A stretch of DNA of 64,000 nucleotides from Enterococcus phage VRE9_4, in sequence record PP680570.1; one strand, written 5' to 3'. A program made the translations under genes and the position numbers. The notes under the pieces are model-generated. The model was given only the letters and a program-made list of their open reading frames with translations, was not told the origin of the DNA and did no database searches. This document shows positions 1-10,357 of this stretch, piece by piece (the stretch's first letter is position 1; each line of letters begins with the position of its first letter).

Positions 1-120
1 TGTAAACTATCAACAAAATCAGCTTCATTTACCGCAGCCATCTTAGGATGATCGAATAATGTTGGTTGTACATATAAAGCTCCTAATAACATATTAGCAA
101 TGTCTTTACGATAATACTTC
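1..120 (-). CDS. Hypothetical protein, N-terminal fragment. ATG is at position 120 and the gene runs off the window start.
   Basis: Minus-strand reading frame opens with MKYYRKDIANMLLGALYVQPTLFDHPKMAAV and has no stop before position 1. Same orientation as the downstream genes. Confidence 0.35.
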
Positions 121-126
121 ATTTTT

Positions 127-309
127 TTACTTCACTCCACTCATATCAATAGTAATTCTTTTAGTTTTATCTTCTTGTAAATCAGAAATAATTGTATCAA
201 ACAATTTTTCTAAATCATCTTTTTCTTTTCCCTTAATAAAAATTAATTCTGTCTGATTTGTGTCTGCACTGATATCTTTTACATAAATCCGAAAACATTG
301 CTTAAACAT
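127..309 (-). CDS. hypothetical protein (60 aa)
   Basis: ORF in the operon orientation. The stop overlaps the start of the upstream gene (302..802). Confidence 0.4.
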   Translation of the reverse strand: MFKQCFRIYVKDISADTNQTELIFIKGKEKDDLEKLFDTIISDLQEDKTKRITIDMSGVK

Positions 310-802
310 TTTTATTTTCCTCCTCTGATAATAAAGAATCTAAATCAATTAATTTTTCTAGTCGTTTAGTTTTTTGTGGAGGAACAACAACCTCTTTTGT
401 CTTATATTCTATTTTAGTAACCTGTTCTAAATGTTTTAGCCCTTTATAATAATCTCTTGCCTCATTATAAAAATAAGGAAGTAAAGCTATACCGCTTTCA
501 GGGGTTAATCGTTTCTTTTTAATATCAATTAAATAATAAAGTGTTCCCAAGAGACCAGATTCAGTGTAATTAAATTTTTCAGTAAATTCTTTAATCTGTT
601 TTTGAACGAGAGGATAATTAACCTTACCAGGCGTTAACTGTTCTAATAAATCAGTTATACCCGCTCTCTTGGCTCTTTCTTCCTGCATTGTATCATAACA
701 AGTTTTATGATAATATCCTTTGGAAGTATGTTCAAACAGTTCTTCTTCCCTGCTAAAATGTTGTCTACAATATTGACAAATAACTTTTCTTTGTTTAGCC
801 AT
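302..802 (-). CDS. hypothetical protein with N-terminal Cys/His zinc-finger-like motif
   Basis: 166 aa with CQYCRQHF...HKTCY near the N-terminus. An AGGAGG RBS lies upstream at about 812-820. Confidence 0.5.
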   Translation of the reverse strand: MAKQRKVICQYCRQHFSREEELFEHTSKGYYHKTCYDTMQEERAKRAGITDLLEQLTPGKVNYPLVQKQIKEFTEKFNYTESGLLGTLYYLIDIKKKRLTPESGIALLPYFYNEARDYYKGLKHLEQVTKIEYKTKEVVVPPQKTKRLEKLIDLDSLLSEEENKNV

Positions 803-866
803 TATATGTATCCTCCTTAAAAAAGAAAAGCGAGGAAGTTATTCCTCCTCGCTCATCAAATTAATC

Positions 867-1874
867 TTATTGTTGTGAAGCAGCCAAATCTTTCAAGTTC
901 GTAATTGCTAGATCTACTAATTCAGCTTGTTCAGGTGTAGCATCTGCTACTTTATTATCATGACCTAAAGCTTCATTTACAATTGTACGAATACGAGGAC
1001 CATAGAAATCAGCATTAGCTTCCATTAATTCTCCAGCAAGATTATTGAACGTTTCAATTAATTCTTCGATAGGAGTATCAATTTTATTGTATTTATGAAC
1101 TGTAGAAGAATTATCTGTTACAGAATCAACTCCAAATTGTTGCTCTAGGTGAGAAACTGCATCACTAATTGCTCCTACCAAATTATCATAATTAAATACA
1201 ATATAATCAGGAGTACTATCAAAACGAGAACCAGCGACAAAACGAGGTGTTCCTCGCATATATAGACGAGTTTCCAAACCTTCTTCTGTATTTACTGCTC
1301 GTGAATAACCAATAATATCAGCCATACGAGTGATAATTTTATTACCACGTTTATCTAATGTTGGAATAATTTGGTTATATTCTTCACCAGATTCATCTTT
1401 AAAGACTTTATCTTGAGAATGAGAAATCATAACTAATCCATAATCTTCAGCCATGATAGAACGTAATTGTTCATCAAATTCTTTTTCTACTAATTGATAT
1501 CCTTTACCATAAGGTAATTTCTTTTGATCTGCAATATCTGACGCACCATGTTGATTAACAATAAATTTTTCACATAGTCCGTATGCAATATCTACAGTAT
1601 CAATAATAATATTATCATACATTTCTTTGGCTTGATCTGTTTTTAACTGCCGTAGAACTTTTTTAAATTCAGACCAGCTGTTAATTGGCAAAGCTCTTAC
1701 ACCAGGAATTGCAGAATAACCTTTTTCAAAAGCCAATAGCAAAGACTTAGGAAATCGTGTTGCTGTAGTAGTTTTACCTGATTTAGGTTCTCCGTAAAAC
1801 ATTACTGCATATCCTTTTAAATCTTTAGAAACTTTATGAGGCTCAACATTAAAAATGTCAATTGTGTTTGCCAT
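867..1874 (-). CDS. RecA-like / Sak4-like P-loop ATPase (putative recombination protein)
   Basis: 335 aa with Walker A GEPKSGKTTTA at the N-terminus. A later hhhhD stretch (LVMISHSQD) resembles a Walker B. Position in the replication block is typical. Confidence 0.55.
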   Translation of the reverse strand: MANTIDIFNVEPHKVSKDLKGYAVMFYGEPKSGKTTTATRFPKSLLLAFEKGYSAIPGVRALPINSWSEFKKVLRQLKTDQAKEMYDNIIIDTVDIAYGLCEKFIVNQHGASDIADQKKLPYGKGYQLVEKEFDEQLRSIMAEDYGLVMISHSQDKVFKDESGEEYNQIIPTLDKRGNKIITRMADIIGYSRAVNTEEGLETRLYMRGTPRFVAGSRFDSTPDYIVFNYDNLVGAISDAVSHLEQQFGVDSVTDNSSTVHKYNKIDTPIEELIETFNNLAGELMEANADFYGPRIRTIVNEALGHDNKVADATPEQAELVDLAITNLKDLAASQQ

Positions 1875-1970
1875 TGTATCACTATCCTTTTCTCTTTTTT
1901 TTATTTTATTTTATTAATGTTTCCAACTAGGAAGAGAAACCGAAGCTTCTCTTCCTAAGTAGAGCATTAA

Positions 1971-2849
1971 TTAGAATTCAAAAGTTTTTGCTCTATCAAC
2001 TTTTGGTGCTGTATCTTTTTTAGATGTGTCAGCTGCAAATCCACTTTTACGTTGTTGATTGTCTAAAGCTGCAATTGAAACTTCATAAGCTTTACGTCCA
2101 TCTTGAATTGTTTTAAATAATTCATCTGTGATTTCTTTTGGTTCAATAGCTGCACCAGTAATTACATTTTCTCGTTTTGTACTTTCAAAGATTTCAATAC
2201 GAGTATCACCAAACGCTGATTCTGTTTCACGTTCTTCGTGAATTAGATTATTAATCACTTTACCCCATACTTCAATCAAAACTGGGTTTGTTTGACTTGC
2301 GTCAAGCTGAACAAAATAGTCGTAAGCAGCTTCAGTTTCAATAATAAATTTAGCTGGGAAACAAACGTCACGATAATCAAAGATATTTGCATTCAATACA
2401 TATCGTCCAGTAGGCTCATCTTTATAAATTTCTTCTACAGGTTGAGCTGTTAACAACAAGTCTGTTGTAAATTCTGCTCGAGGAACGCCTGTGTTTCGAT
2501 CATTTAAGAAGCTTGCTCGAATTTGAGTTGCTTCAATTAAATCACCAGCTTGATTTTTAAAAGCACTTGAACTAATAGAAGTTGTCGTCATATAATTTTT
2601 CCCAATAAATGCTTCTGGATTTTGTAACCAATTGCTGATAGTTGCGAACTGTTGATTTGTAGAACCATCTTTGTTCAATTCACGATAAAAACCTTGAAGA
2701 TTTACAGATTGGTCTCCAGTATTCAAAGTTAATGATCCAACCATTGCATTGTAAGGTTCACCAGAGCTTTTATCTTTATACTCTTTAACTGCGAAATCGA
2801 AATCCTCTAATGTACCTGAAATTTTTACTTGATTTTTAAAAGTTGCCAT
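1971..2849 (-). CDS. hypothetical protein, possibly ssDNA-binding/annealing
   Basis: 292-aa ORF immediately after the RecA-like gene with a strong RBS. The functional guess rests on gene context only. Confidence 0.45.
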   Translation of the reverse strand: MATFKNQVKISGTLEDFDFAVKEYKDKSSGEPYNAMVGSLTLNTGDQSVNLQGFYRELNKDGSTNQQFATISNWLQNPEAFIGKNYMTTTSISSSAFKNQAGDLIEATQIRASFLNDRNTGVPRAEFTTDLLLTAQPVEEIYKDEPTGRYVLNANIFDYRDVCFPAKFIIETEAAYDYFVQLDASQTNPVLIEVWGKVINNLIHEERETESAFGDTRIEIFESTKRENVITGAAIEPKEITDELFKTIQDGRKAYEVSIAALDNQQRKSGFAADTSKKDTAPKVDRAKTFEF

Positions 2850-2927
2850 AATTTAATTTCCTCCAATATTTGTTTATCTTTTATATTATATTAATATTAT
2901 AACCTATTTAACTAAAAAAGTCAAATT

Positions 2928-3329
2928 TTATTTTTTTGGACCAGACTCTTTCCATCGTTTTAAAGCTACTTGTAAACGATCATTAATTTCATATTCTTGA
3001 TAATATCTAACTCGTTTACAAACCATAATATCATTTCCTTTATATTCTGCTCCAAAAACTGGTGAACTATGTTTAAAAGATTCTTTGACTAAACCTTCTA
3101 AATCTTCACGACTAAATACTTTATAATATTTATCTAAAGCTTGCACAATACTTGTGTAGTCTTCCCAAGTCATCCCACCATCTGGACTAATTTGAACTCC
3201 TGTGGTATGAACACCTTTCTTGATTGGGAAAATTCCTTCCTTTTTAAGGAACGCATTTAAGTTTCGAGAAAAACTTTTAAAAATTTTCTTTTCTTGCTTT
3301 TCATTTTTTGTCATAATAAAATCCTCCAT
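2928..3329 (-). CDS. hypothetical protein (133 aa)
   Basis: Clean ORF with AGGAT RBS. Followed on the transcript by a TGnTATAAT promoter-leader motif at 3345-3380. Confidence 0.5.
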   Translation of the reverse strand: MEDFIMTKNEKQEKKIFKSFSRNLNAFLKKEGIFPIKKGVHTTGVQISPDGGMTWEDYTSIVQALDKYYKVFSREDLEGLVKESFKHSSPVFGAEYKGNDIMVCKRVRYYQEYEINDRLQVALKRWKESGPKK

Positions 3330-3400
3330 AAATACTTTTTAATATTTCTTATTTAACTTTATAATTAATTATATCATGTTGAACATAAAAAATCAAATTT

Positions 3401-3655
3401 TTAATTAGGAATAACAGCTTTACCTACAATGGCTTTTCCAACCACTGCGTTTGTTGTATCCTCTGGAGCTCCATCATCAATTGTTCGTTCAACATATCTT
3501 GTTAAATCAATATCTTCACTCATTATTAAACCATGTTTTGGACAATATAGGTCTCCTGATTTATCGTCTAATTTGCGATATACATTTCTCATAATTCTTT
3601 CTTCATCATAACAAATTGGACAAAAATTGTCAAGATTCAAATTTACTTTCATCAT
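3401..3655 (-). CDS. small zinc-ribbon protein with C-terminal GKAIVGKA repeat tail
   Basis: CPICYDEE...CPKHG zinc-ribbon motif. The C-terminus VVGKAIVGKAVIPN is shared with ORF 18975..19190. Confidence 0.5.
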   Translation of the reverse strand: MMKVNLNLDNFCPICYDEERIMRNVYRKLDDKSGDLYCPKHGLIMSEDIDLTRYVERTIDDGAPEDTTNAVVGKAIVGKAVIPN

Positions 3656-3710
3656 AAAAGATTCCTCCTTTTCTTATCTTTATAATTTAAAAAGGAGAAA
3701 TCATCCATTA

Positions 3711-3911
3711 TTATTCATCGTCCTCAATAACTAATTCCAATTCACTAGGACTACAATTACAATATTGTTGGAAACCATGATATTTACAATTTAAAGTTTT
3801 TTCTCCATGCTCATTTTTTTCAGAATATAAACGAACTAATTTATCCTTTTCCTGCTTACATACTGGACAAAAATATTTTCTAGAATAATATCTAATCATA
3901 TTACTCACCAA
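3711..3911 (-). CDS. small zinc-ribbon protein
   Basis: CPVCKQEKD...CKYHGFQQYCNC motif in 66 aa. Confidence 0.45.
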   Translation of the reverse strand: MVSNMIRYYSRKYFCPVCKQEKDKLVRLYSEKNEHGEKTLNCKYHGFQQYCNCSPSELELVIEDDE

Positions 3912-4161
3912 ATTCTCGTTTTAACATTAAATTAATTTGTTGAATATTAAAACCAGTTGTTAAAACTGTTCCATCTTCTCTCATTAGCACTGGTAATGAT
4001 AATACATTGCCTTTTTCTACTAATTCATTATATTTTTCTGGATCTTTTTCTTTATGAACACTTACGATATGCTTATTGTATTTTTGCATATTTTTAGTTT
4101 TTAAATAACCTTCCAATTGATTACAATATGGACAATTATCTTTTGATAGTTTATAAATCAA
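3901..4161 (-). CDS. nrdH: NrdH-like glutaredoxin (redoxin for class Ib RNR)
   Basis: 86 aa with a CPYC active-site motif near the N-terminus (NCPYCNQL). Sits directly upstream of nrdI-nrdF. Confidence 0.7.
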   Translation of the reverse strand: MIYKLSKDNCPYCNQLEGYLKTKNMQKYNKHIVSVHKEKDPEKYNELVEKGNVLSLPVLMREDGTVLTTGFNIQQINLMLKREFGE

Positions 4162-4170
4162 ATTATCTCA

Positions 4171-4671
4171 CTACTCCTTAATAAAATTATTAAACATTTC
4201 TAAATCTTCTTTATGCTCTTCTGGAATAAAAGTTAATTCAAACTTAATCTTAGGAATATCTTTCTCTAAAATAATTTGAATATTATCTAATGCTCCACAG
4301 AAATGAGTATAAATTGTAATTCCACTACCAAATAATAAAACTGGTTTGTTTATTAATACATCTCTATTAGAAATTACAAAAGATTTAATATTTTTAGGAA
4401 TCTTTCCATTACTCCATGTGTAAGTTCCTATAATTATTTTATCATATTCTTCTAAATTTGTCAAGTTATCTTTTGTATTTTTTATAATAAAATTAACATT
4501 TGGATAAGCCTTTACTATAAAATCAACAAAAGTTTTTGTATTCCCAGATAGACTCTCATAAACTACAAGCACTTTAGACCCAAGAGAGAGAGATTCTATA
4601 TGGGAAGGAATTGCTTTGGGAGGAGCTAATTTTACTCCACCCGTGCAAAATGTTTTTTCGTTATTATCCAT
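4171..4671 (-). CDS. nrdI: NrdI flavodoxin-like protein
   Basis: 166 aa with the SGNTKTF motif. Lies between nrdH and nrdF, the canonical class Ib arrangement. Confidence 0.7.
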   Translation of the reverse strand: MDNNEKTFCTGGVKLAPPKAIPSHIESLSLGSKVLVVYESLSGNTKTFVDFIVKAYPNVNFIIKNTKDNLTNLEEYDKIIIGTYTWSNGKIPKNIKSFVISNRDVLINKPVLLFGSGITIYTHFCGALDNIQIILEKDIPKIKFELTFIPEEHKEDLEMFNNFIKE

Positions 4672-5762
4672 TATAAATCATCCCAATTATTTTTGTCGTC
4701 TGTTGCTTTAGAATAATTTACTACACGATTTTCAAAGAAATCTGTTTTTGTATTATTGATATTATCTGAATCGTAAGTCTTAATCCAAATCATTGGATTA
4801 GTTAAAGCTTCAGTATAAACTTTGGTTAAGCCCAAGTTTTGCAACAGAATATTAGCACGCCACTCAATATAGTGTTCTAATTCTTCCATATCTAAAACAG
4901 CATAATCTTTATATAAATCTCGAGCTAATTCCTGTTCAGATTTAACTACCTTATCAAAGAACGCATAAACCCAATTACTAAAATCTTCACTCTCTTGGGG
5001 TGAAAGATGTAATTCAGACATAATTTGTCGTACAACTAACGTTTGGAAATAACTATGTTGTACTTCATCACGTTGGATCAACTGAATAATTTGTCCTGTC
5101 CCCAACATTTTTTTGTTTCGGTTTAATAAATAGAATGGAGTAAATCCATTTGTAAACCTAATACCTTCAAGTGCTGCCATAGCTGCTAAGGCTTTAGCCA
5201 TATTTAGCTTTGTTGGAGTTTCTAGAAAAGTTTCAAATGTATCCAAAATCATTTCACTTGAGCCAAGAATATATTTATCTGTTTTAGGGATTTCAAATAC
5301 TTCTTTCGCTTCTTCTTTCGTCATAAAAGTAGTAGCAATATAAGTATAACTTTCATTATGAATTGATTCTTGAGAAGCGATATAAGCCATAATAGCTTTG
5401 ATAGCAGGATTTTTAATATATGCTGCCAATTGACCGTCAATAACAGTAGAAATAGAATCTAGTAATACTAATTGAGAAATAGCTCGTTTATAGAAAGTTT
5501 TTTCAATGTCGCTCATATTATCTCGCCAATCTCTACTATCAGTATTTAACCCTACTTCTTGAGGAATCCAAAAATTTTGTTTTAGTTCTGAATATACATC
5601 ATACCATACAGGATTTTGTTCGTCCCAATATAATAATCCAGAGTGTTCTCCAAAAATTGATTCATTTGTATTTTCTGCATCTTTATTAAATAGTCTAATA
5701 TGTTTTTCTAACATTAAAATCTTCTCCTTTATGTTACTATGAATGATTTGTCCATTCATCAA
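4671..5762 (-). CDS. nrdF: ribonucleotide reductase class Ib beta subunit
   Basis: 363 aa with a ferritin-like R2 fold: conserved E/H iron ligands (EHSGL..., EGIRF..., QRDEVQH) and a C-terminal acidic tail. The start overlaps the nrdI stop. Confidence 0.85.
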   Translation of the reverse strand: MMNGQIIHSNIKEKILMLEKHIRLFNKDAENTNESIFGEHSGLLYWDEQNPVWYDVYSELKQNFWIPQEVGLNTDSRDWRDNMSDIEKTFYKRAISQLVLLDSISTVIDGQLAAYIKNPAIKAIMAYIASQESIHNESYTYIATTFMTKEEAKEVFEIPKTDKYILGSSEMILDTFETFLETPTKLNMAKALAAMAALEGIRFTNGFTPFYLLNRNKKMLGTGQIIQLIQRDEVQHSYFQTLVVRQIMSELHLSPQESEDFSNWVYAFFDKVVKSEQELARDLYKDYAVLDMEELEHYIEWRANILLQNLGLTKVYTEALTNPMIWIKTYDSDNINNTKTDFFENRVVNYSKATDDKNNWDDL

Positions 5763-5940
5763 TTGAATCTAACCATTCAGAAAAATCATTTGTCATTCGA
5801 TTTTCATCAGCAATAAAACAATCATGAAGATAGCTAATAACTTCATCTTCAGTTTTGTACCCTTTACTTTCAGCTTCCTCAGTAAGGTCATATAAATTTT
5901 GATATAAGACCTTACCATTTTCTGTAAATTTTGCTTTCAT
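5737..5940 (-). CDS. hypothetical protein (67 aa)
   Basis: Small ORF between nrdE and nrdF in operon orientation. Confidence 0.4.
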   Translation of the reverse strand: MKAKFTENGKVLYQNLYDLTEEAESKGYKTEDEVISYLHDCFIADENRMTNDFSEWLDSIDEWTNHS

Positions 5941-5943
5941 TTT

Positions 5944-6204
5944 TTACAAATCCTTTACATTAAAATGAATGTTCTTTTGCTTCTTATAAGCATCTAAATA
6001 AATTTCTTTTTTATCTCCATTTAAGGTTACTTCATAGTACATACCATCAGAAATTGCTGTAGACAAAAGTAATTTACTATTTTGTAATACCTTTGTACTC
6101 CAGACAATATACACATCTTCTAAGGTATAGTCTCCTTCTAAATTTTCATTAGAATAATCTAAGACCAATTTTTTAGCTGCCTCTACAAATAATTCATGTT
6201 TCAT
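5944..6204 (-). CDS. hypothetical protein (86 aa)
   Basis: ORF with RBS downstream of nrdE. Confidence 0.45.
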   Translation of the reverse strand: MKHELFVEAAKKLVLDYSNENLEGDYTLEDVYIVWSTKVLQNSKLLLSTAISDGMYYEVTLNGDKKEIYLDAYKKQKNIHFNVKDL

Positions 6205-6294
6205 TTTATTTCCTCTTTTCTTTAACCTTATATATTTATTATATCATAATAAATAAGGAATTTCAAATAAGAAATTCCTTATTTTAATTTTATA

Positions 6295-8724
6295 TTAAGC
6301 TGAGCAAGCAACACAATCATCTACACGAGAAGCGTCATGAGAACGAGTATAGTAAGAAGATTTAATTCCTCTAGACCAAACTTCCATATGAAGACGAAGT
6401 AAGTTTTTAACCTTAATATCATCTAAGATATATAAATTAAATGAAGTAGATTGATCTACCCATTTTTGACGTTCTGCGTTGTGGAGAATAGCCCACATAT
6501 GACCCAAATCTCTCTCTCCTTCAAACTCCATTAACATAGTTGGTTTATAATAGAACCATGTTTCTAAACTTAATTCTGGAGCAATAACAGGTGTACGAGA
6601 ATCTTTCTTACCATCAAAAAAGATAGTGTCGTAAACTGTGTCTGCCGCTGCAGTAGAACCAGCTAACAAGGAAGTAGAACCTGTTGGAGCAACTGCTCTT
6701 AAATATCCATTTCGCATACCTTTTTTAGCTTTGTAATAAACCTCTGCTCGATAAGCATCCTCAATACGATCTTGACAAACTCCTCGACGATCCAACCATT
6801 CTCCTGTATTCCATTGACTTCCCTCAAATAAAGGATAACTTCCTTTTTCTTGAGCTAAATCTGCCGACGCCTCAATGATATTTAGCATGATTCTTTCTTC
6901 TAGCCGAGCAATTAATTTAGTTGCTTCAACTGAATCAAAATGAATTCCTTGTTTAGCCAAAACTGCTGCAATACCTTGTTCACCAATCCCAATAGCACGA
7001 TAACGATTATTTGTATATTGGGCTTGTAAAACAGGTAAATTATTAACAGTGATAACTGCATCAGTAGCACGAACTTGAGTACGTAAAACCTGTCTTAATT
7101 TTTCAAATGCTTTAACATCATCGCTGGTTTGTGGTCCTTCGACAGAAAGGGTAAAATCTTTCAAAACATTGTTAAGAACAATAGAAGATAAATTACATGT
7201 TACAAAATCTCCACTTTGTTTATGGACAATAATTTCTCCTAGTTCATTAATAGTTTCTTTAGTCATAATTGTAGGAGATTGATTTTGTACAATCTCAGAA
7301 CACAAATTAGAGCAGTATACCATTCCTGCATGATTATTAGGATTATCTCTATTTGCAGTATCCCGATAGAACATATAAGGCAAACCAGTTTCTAGTTGAG
7401 AACGCATAATTTTTTTCATAATTTCAATAGCTGGCAAACGTTTCTTTAAATGTAAATCGTTATTATCTACAGCCTTAAAATAGTGATAAGAGAAAGCGTG
7501 ACGATCAGGATCTAGTGGTGATTTCCCATCCCATTTTTCTTTATCGTAGAAATCTTCCAGAGAAAAACCTAATACTTTTTTCACTTCGTGAGGGTCAAAT
7601 AAATACCAGTCTCCTCGTTTTTCTACTTGTTGCATAAATAAATCAGGAATAGAAGCACCTAAAAATAGTTCATGCGCTCGTTTAGATAGATCTCCTGTAT
7701 TTAAACGTAACTCTAAGAAATCTTCTATATCATAATGCCAAACATCCAAATATGCTGCAATAGCACCACTGCGAACTCCTAGTTGGTCTACCGAAACAGC
7801 AGTATTATTTAATTGTTTAAGCCAACCAACAATACCTCCTGCAGCACCGACATTTCCTCTAATATCTGAACCAGCAGCACGAATTTTACCTACATAAATA
7901 CCAATTCCTCCACCAGCCTTGCTTAGGCGAGCAGCATCTGTATTGTCATCATAGATCCCTTGTAAGCTATCATCTGTTGTTAAAATAAAGCAACTAGAAA
8001 ATTGTGCATCTGGTCGTCCAGCATTTGCAAATGTTGGAGTAGCCATAGTAACTTCTTGTTTAGATAGTACATCATATAATTCTTTTACATGTTGTAGTCT
8101 ATCTTGTGTTTCTTCTCTTAATAAAGAAATCGCAATTGTCATATAACGTTCTTGTGGTAATTCAAATACTGAACGTCCTTTGTCTTTAGCTCGAATAAGA
8201 TATCTTTCAGACATATTATATAAACCAGCATAAGTCAAAAGTAAATCTCGTTCTGGCTTAATATATTTACCTAATTCTTGAATTTCTTCTTTAGTATATT
8301 TTACAAAAATTTCTGGTTCAATAAGACCTTGTTCACCAAGAGAAGAAAGAAGACCAAAATAGTCGCCATATTTTGAATCAACATCATAGCTTCTATTTTT
8401 TGAAGCTCGTTTATACAACGAATTTAATAATGCTCTAGCTGCAACAAATTCAAATTGGGTATTGCCTAATTTATCAAAATCCATCATTTCCCCATCTTTA
8501 AAGTCCATGATTCTATCAATTGCATTTTGAATAATAACATCATTGATATCTCGGAAATCAATCTCTTGTCTACCCTGAATTTGTTTAATAACGCCCTTCT
8601 TATATGCTTCAAACGTATCTGGATGAACATCCAGTCCTTCCTTAAAGCTATCTAATTTATTAATTAATCGTTGTGGATCAAATTCCAATTTTCTCAATCC
8701 ATTATCTTTTACTACTACTGTCAA
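6295..8724 (-). CDS. nrdE: ribonucleotide reductase class Ib alpha subunit
   Basis: 809 aa with the catalytic NLCSEI motif and the C-terminal CxxC redox pair (...DDCVACSA). Part of the class Ib operon. Confidence 0.9.
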   Translation of the reverse strand: MTVVVKDNGLRKLEFDPQRLINKLDSFKEGLDVHPDTFEAYKKGVIKQIQGRQEIDFRDINDVIIQNAIDRIMDFKDGEMMDFDKLGNTQFEFVAARALLNSLYKRASKNRSYDVDSKYGDYFGLLSSLGEQGLIEPEIFVKYTKEEIQELGKYIKPERDLLLTYAGLYNMSERYLIRAKDKGRSVFELPQERYMTIAISLLREETQDRLQHVKELYDVLSKQEVTMATPTFANAGRPDAQFSSCFILTTDDSLQGIYDDNTDAARLSKAGGGIGIYVGKIRAAGSDIRGNVGAAGGIVGWLKQLNNTAVSVDQLGVRSGAIAAYLDVWHYDIEDFLELRLNTGDLSKRAHELFLGASIPDLFMQQVEKRGDWYLFDPHEVKKVLGFSLEDFYDKEKWDGKSPLDPDRHAFSYHYFKAVDNNDLHLKKRLPAIEIMKKIMRSQLETGLPYMFYRDTANRDNPNNHAGMVYCSNLCSEIVQNQSPTIMTKETINELGEIIVHKQSGDFVTCNLSSIVLNNVLKDFTLSVEGPQTSDDVKAFEKLRQVLRTQVRATDAVITVNNLPVLQAQYTNNRYRAIGIGEQGIAAVLAKQGIHFDSVEATKLIARLEERIMLNIIEASADLAQEKGSYPLFEGSQWNTGEWLDRRGVCQDRIEDAYRAEVYYKAKKGMRNGYLRAVAPTGSTSLLAGSTAAADTVYDTIFFDGKKDSRTPVIAPELSLETWFYYKPTMLMEFEGERDLGHMWAILHNAERQKWVDQSTSFNLYILDDIKVKNLLRLHMEVWSRGIKSSYYTRSHDASRVDDCVACSA

Positions 8725-8798
8725 ATAAATCTCTCCTTTTTTAATCCTGTAATCTTTATAAAACCCAATATATAGATATTTATACGAAATAAACCACC

Positions 8799-9281
8799 TT
8801 ATATAGAAGCATATTTAATCAAGGCAAGTAAGACATCTACCAGTCCATTATTACAATCAATAAATACTGATTCAGCTTTTCCTTCTCGTCCTATTACAGA
8901 AACCTCTTTTTTGTCTATATCTACAATCATAGCTGTATATTTTCCTGTGGTAGAATATAAAATAAAACCACTAGATTTTCCGTCCTTATCATGTTTAATG
9001 TATATTTCATCTTCACTATATCCTAAAGCATCTATAATATAAAAAACTATAGTTCTCATATTTGTTCCTGTTGTTTCCTTATCAAAATATAAACTCATAG
9101 ATGAAATAAAGTCTTTCTCATAAGAATGACAATCATAAAACATTAAATTTAAAGAATCTTTAGTTATTATAGGACTTACTTCTATTCTTCCTTTTGGAGA
9201 ATATATTTTGCCCTCTACCCTTAAAACTTTAGAGCGGCTAATTTCTTTTACAATTGCACTTACCTCTTCTAATGGTCTCAT
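8799..9281 (-). CDS. hypothetical protein (160 aa)
   Basis: Clean ORF. Confidence 0.5.
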   Translation of the reverse strand: MRPLEEVSAIVKEISRSKVLRVEGKIYSPKGRIEVSPIITKDSLNLMFYDCHSYEKDFISSMSLYFDKETTGTNMRTIVFYIIDALGYSEDEIYIKHDKDGKSSGFILYSTTGKYTAMIVDIDKKEVSVIGREGKAESVFIDCNNGLVDVLLALIKYASI

Positions 9282-9371
9282 ATTTTTTCTCCTTTTAAAA
9301 TCATTATAAAATAAAAATCCTTACTATATAAATTATAACATAGTAAGGATTTTTTGTCAAATTATTTATTT

Positions 9372-9956
9372 TTAGTACCAGCCATTAGCCATCCAAAAAG
9401 CTTGCGCTGCTTCCCATGAACCATAACGTTGAGCTACATAATTTTCTGCAACACGTTCCTGGTTTGCTGGAGAATGATCTCCATTTAGATAAGCTGAATC
9501 TAGTTGATAACGTCCGATGTAACGACCATTTGTTGCTGAGTATGAACCACCTGATTCACGTTGAGCAATCCATTCTTTTGCTGAACTTGTCCCTACTGAA
9601 GGAGCCTGTTCAACAACTGGTGATTGTTCTACTACTGGAGCTTGTTCCACAACATTTTCTTGCACAACTGGAGCTTCAACTACCGCCGCTGTTGCTGGAG
9701 CCTGAACCTCTCCATTGGTTGGAATCAATAATAAATCTCCAACAAAAATCATATTAGCATCACTAACTGTATCAAGGTTAGATTGATGGATCAAACTATG
9801 ATCTAATCCATATTTGTTACCGATAGCAGATAAAGTATCTCCTGCTTCTACTTCGTAATAAGTTTGTCCATCTTTTTGAATTTCTGCTGCGTGAACACCT
9901 GTTCCACCAATAAATAAAGCTCCTGCCAATAGTCCTGCGATAATAATTTTCTTCAA
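9372..9956 (-). CDS. secreted LysM-domain protein with C-terminal IsaA/SceD-like transglycosylase-type domain
   Basis: Signal peptide MKKIIIAGLLAGALFIGGTGVHA. LysM motif (YEVEAGDTLSAIGNKYG...). C-terminal GRYIGRYQLDSAYL...W...W lysozyme-like motif. Confidence 0.7.
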   Translation of the reverse strand: MKKIIIAGLLAGALFIGGTGVHAAEIQKDGQTYYEVEAGDTLSAIGNKYGLDHSLIHQSNLDTVSDANMIFVGDLLLIPTNGEVQAPATAAVVEAPVVQENVVEQAPVVEQSPVVEQAPSVGTSSAKEWIAQRESGGSYSATNGRYIGRYQLDSAYLNGDHSPANQERVAENYVAQRYGSWEAAQAFWMANGWY

Positions 9957-9960
9957 ATTG

Positions 9961-10290
9961 TTATTCTCCTTTTTCTTTTAGTTTTTCGTTAAGCAATGAA
10001 GCATATCCATTTGCTTCATTAAATTCTAAAAACTTAATTTTGGCAACACTTAAGCCAGTAAAACAATTTCGTTGAGAATCTACTAAAGCTTCTCGTTCAA
10101 ATTGTGCTGAATTAAAGTTGTCTTTTACGAAATCGAAAAATGGAAATACAATATCTCCATCTTCTGAAAAAGGAATGTCTAATAGAAAAGCCTCATAAAC
10201 CCAATCATCTAATGATTCCAATTTCTTATTTACAACTTTATACGCCTCTTTACCAAAAATAGTTTTTGTTGCTTCAACGATGTATTCCAT
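9961..10290 (-). CDS. hypothetical protein (109 aa)
   Basis: ORF with RBS. Confidence 0.5.
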   Translation of the reverse strand: MEYIVEATKTIFGKEAYKVVNKKLESLDDWVYEAFLLDIPFSEDGDIVFPFFDFVKDNFNSAQFEREALVDSQRNCFTGLSVAKIKFLEFNEANGYASLLNEKLKEKGE

Positions 10291-10357
10291 ATGAAATTCC
10301 CCTTTTCTTGTTTTAATAAAAAAGACCCTATTACAAAATTATTACAGTTAAATTACA

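Noticed and set aside
9416-9757. 113-aa plus-strand ORF
   Set aside because: Antisense to the LysM/transglycosylase gene. Leu/Gln-rich low-complexity product from the reverse frame of the repetitive linker. No RBS.
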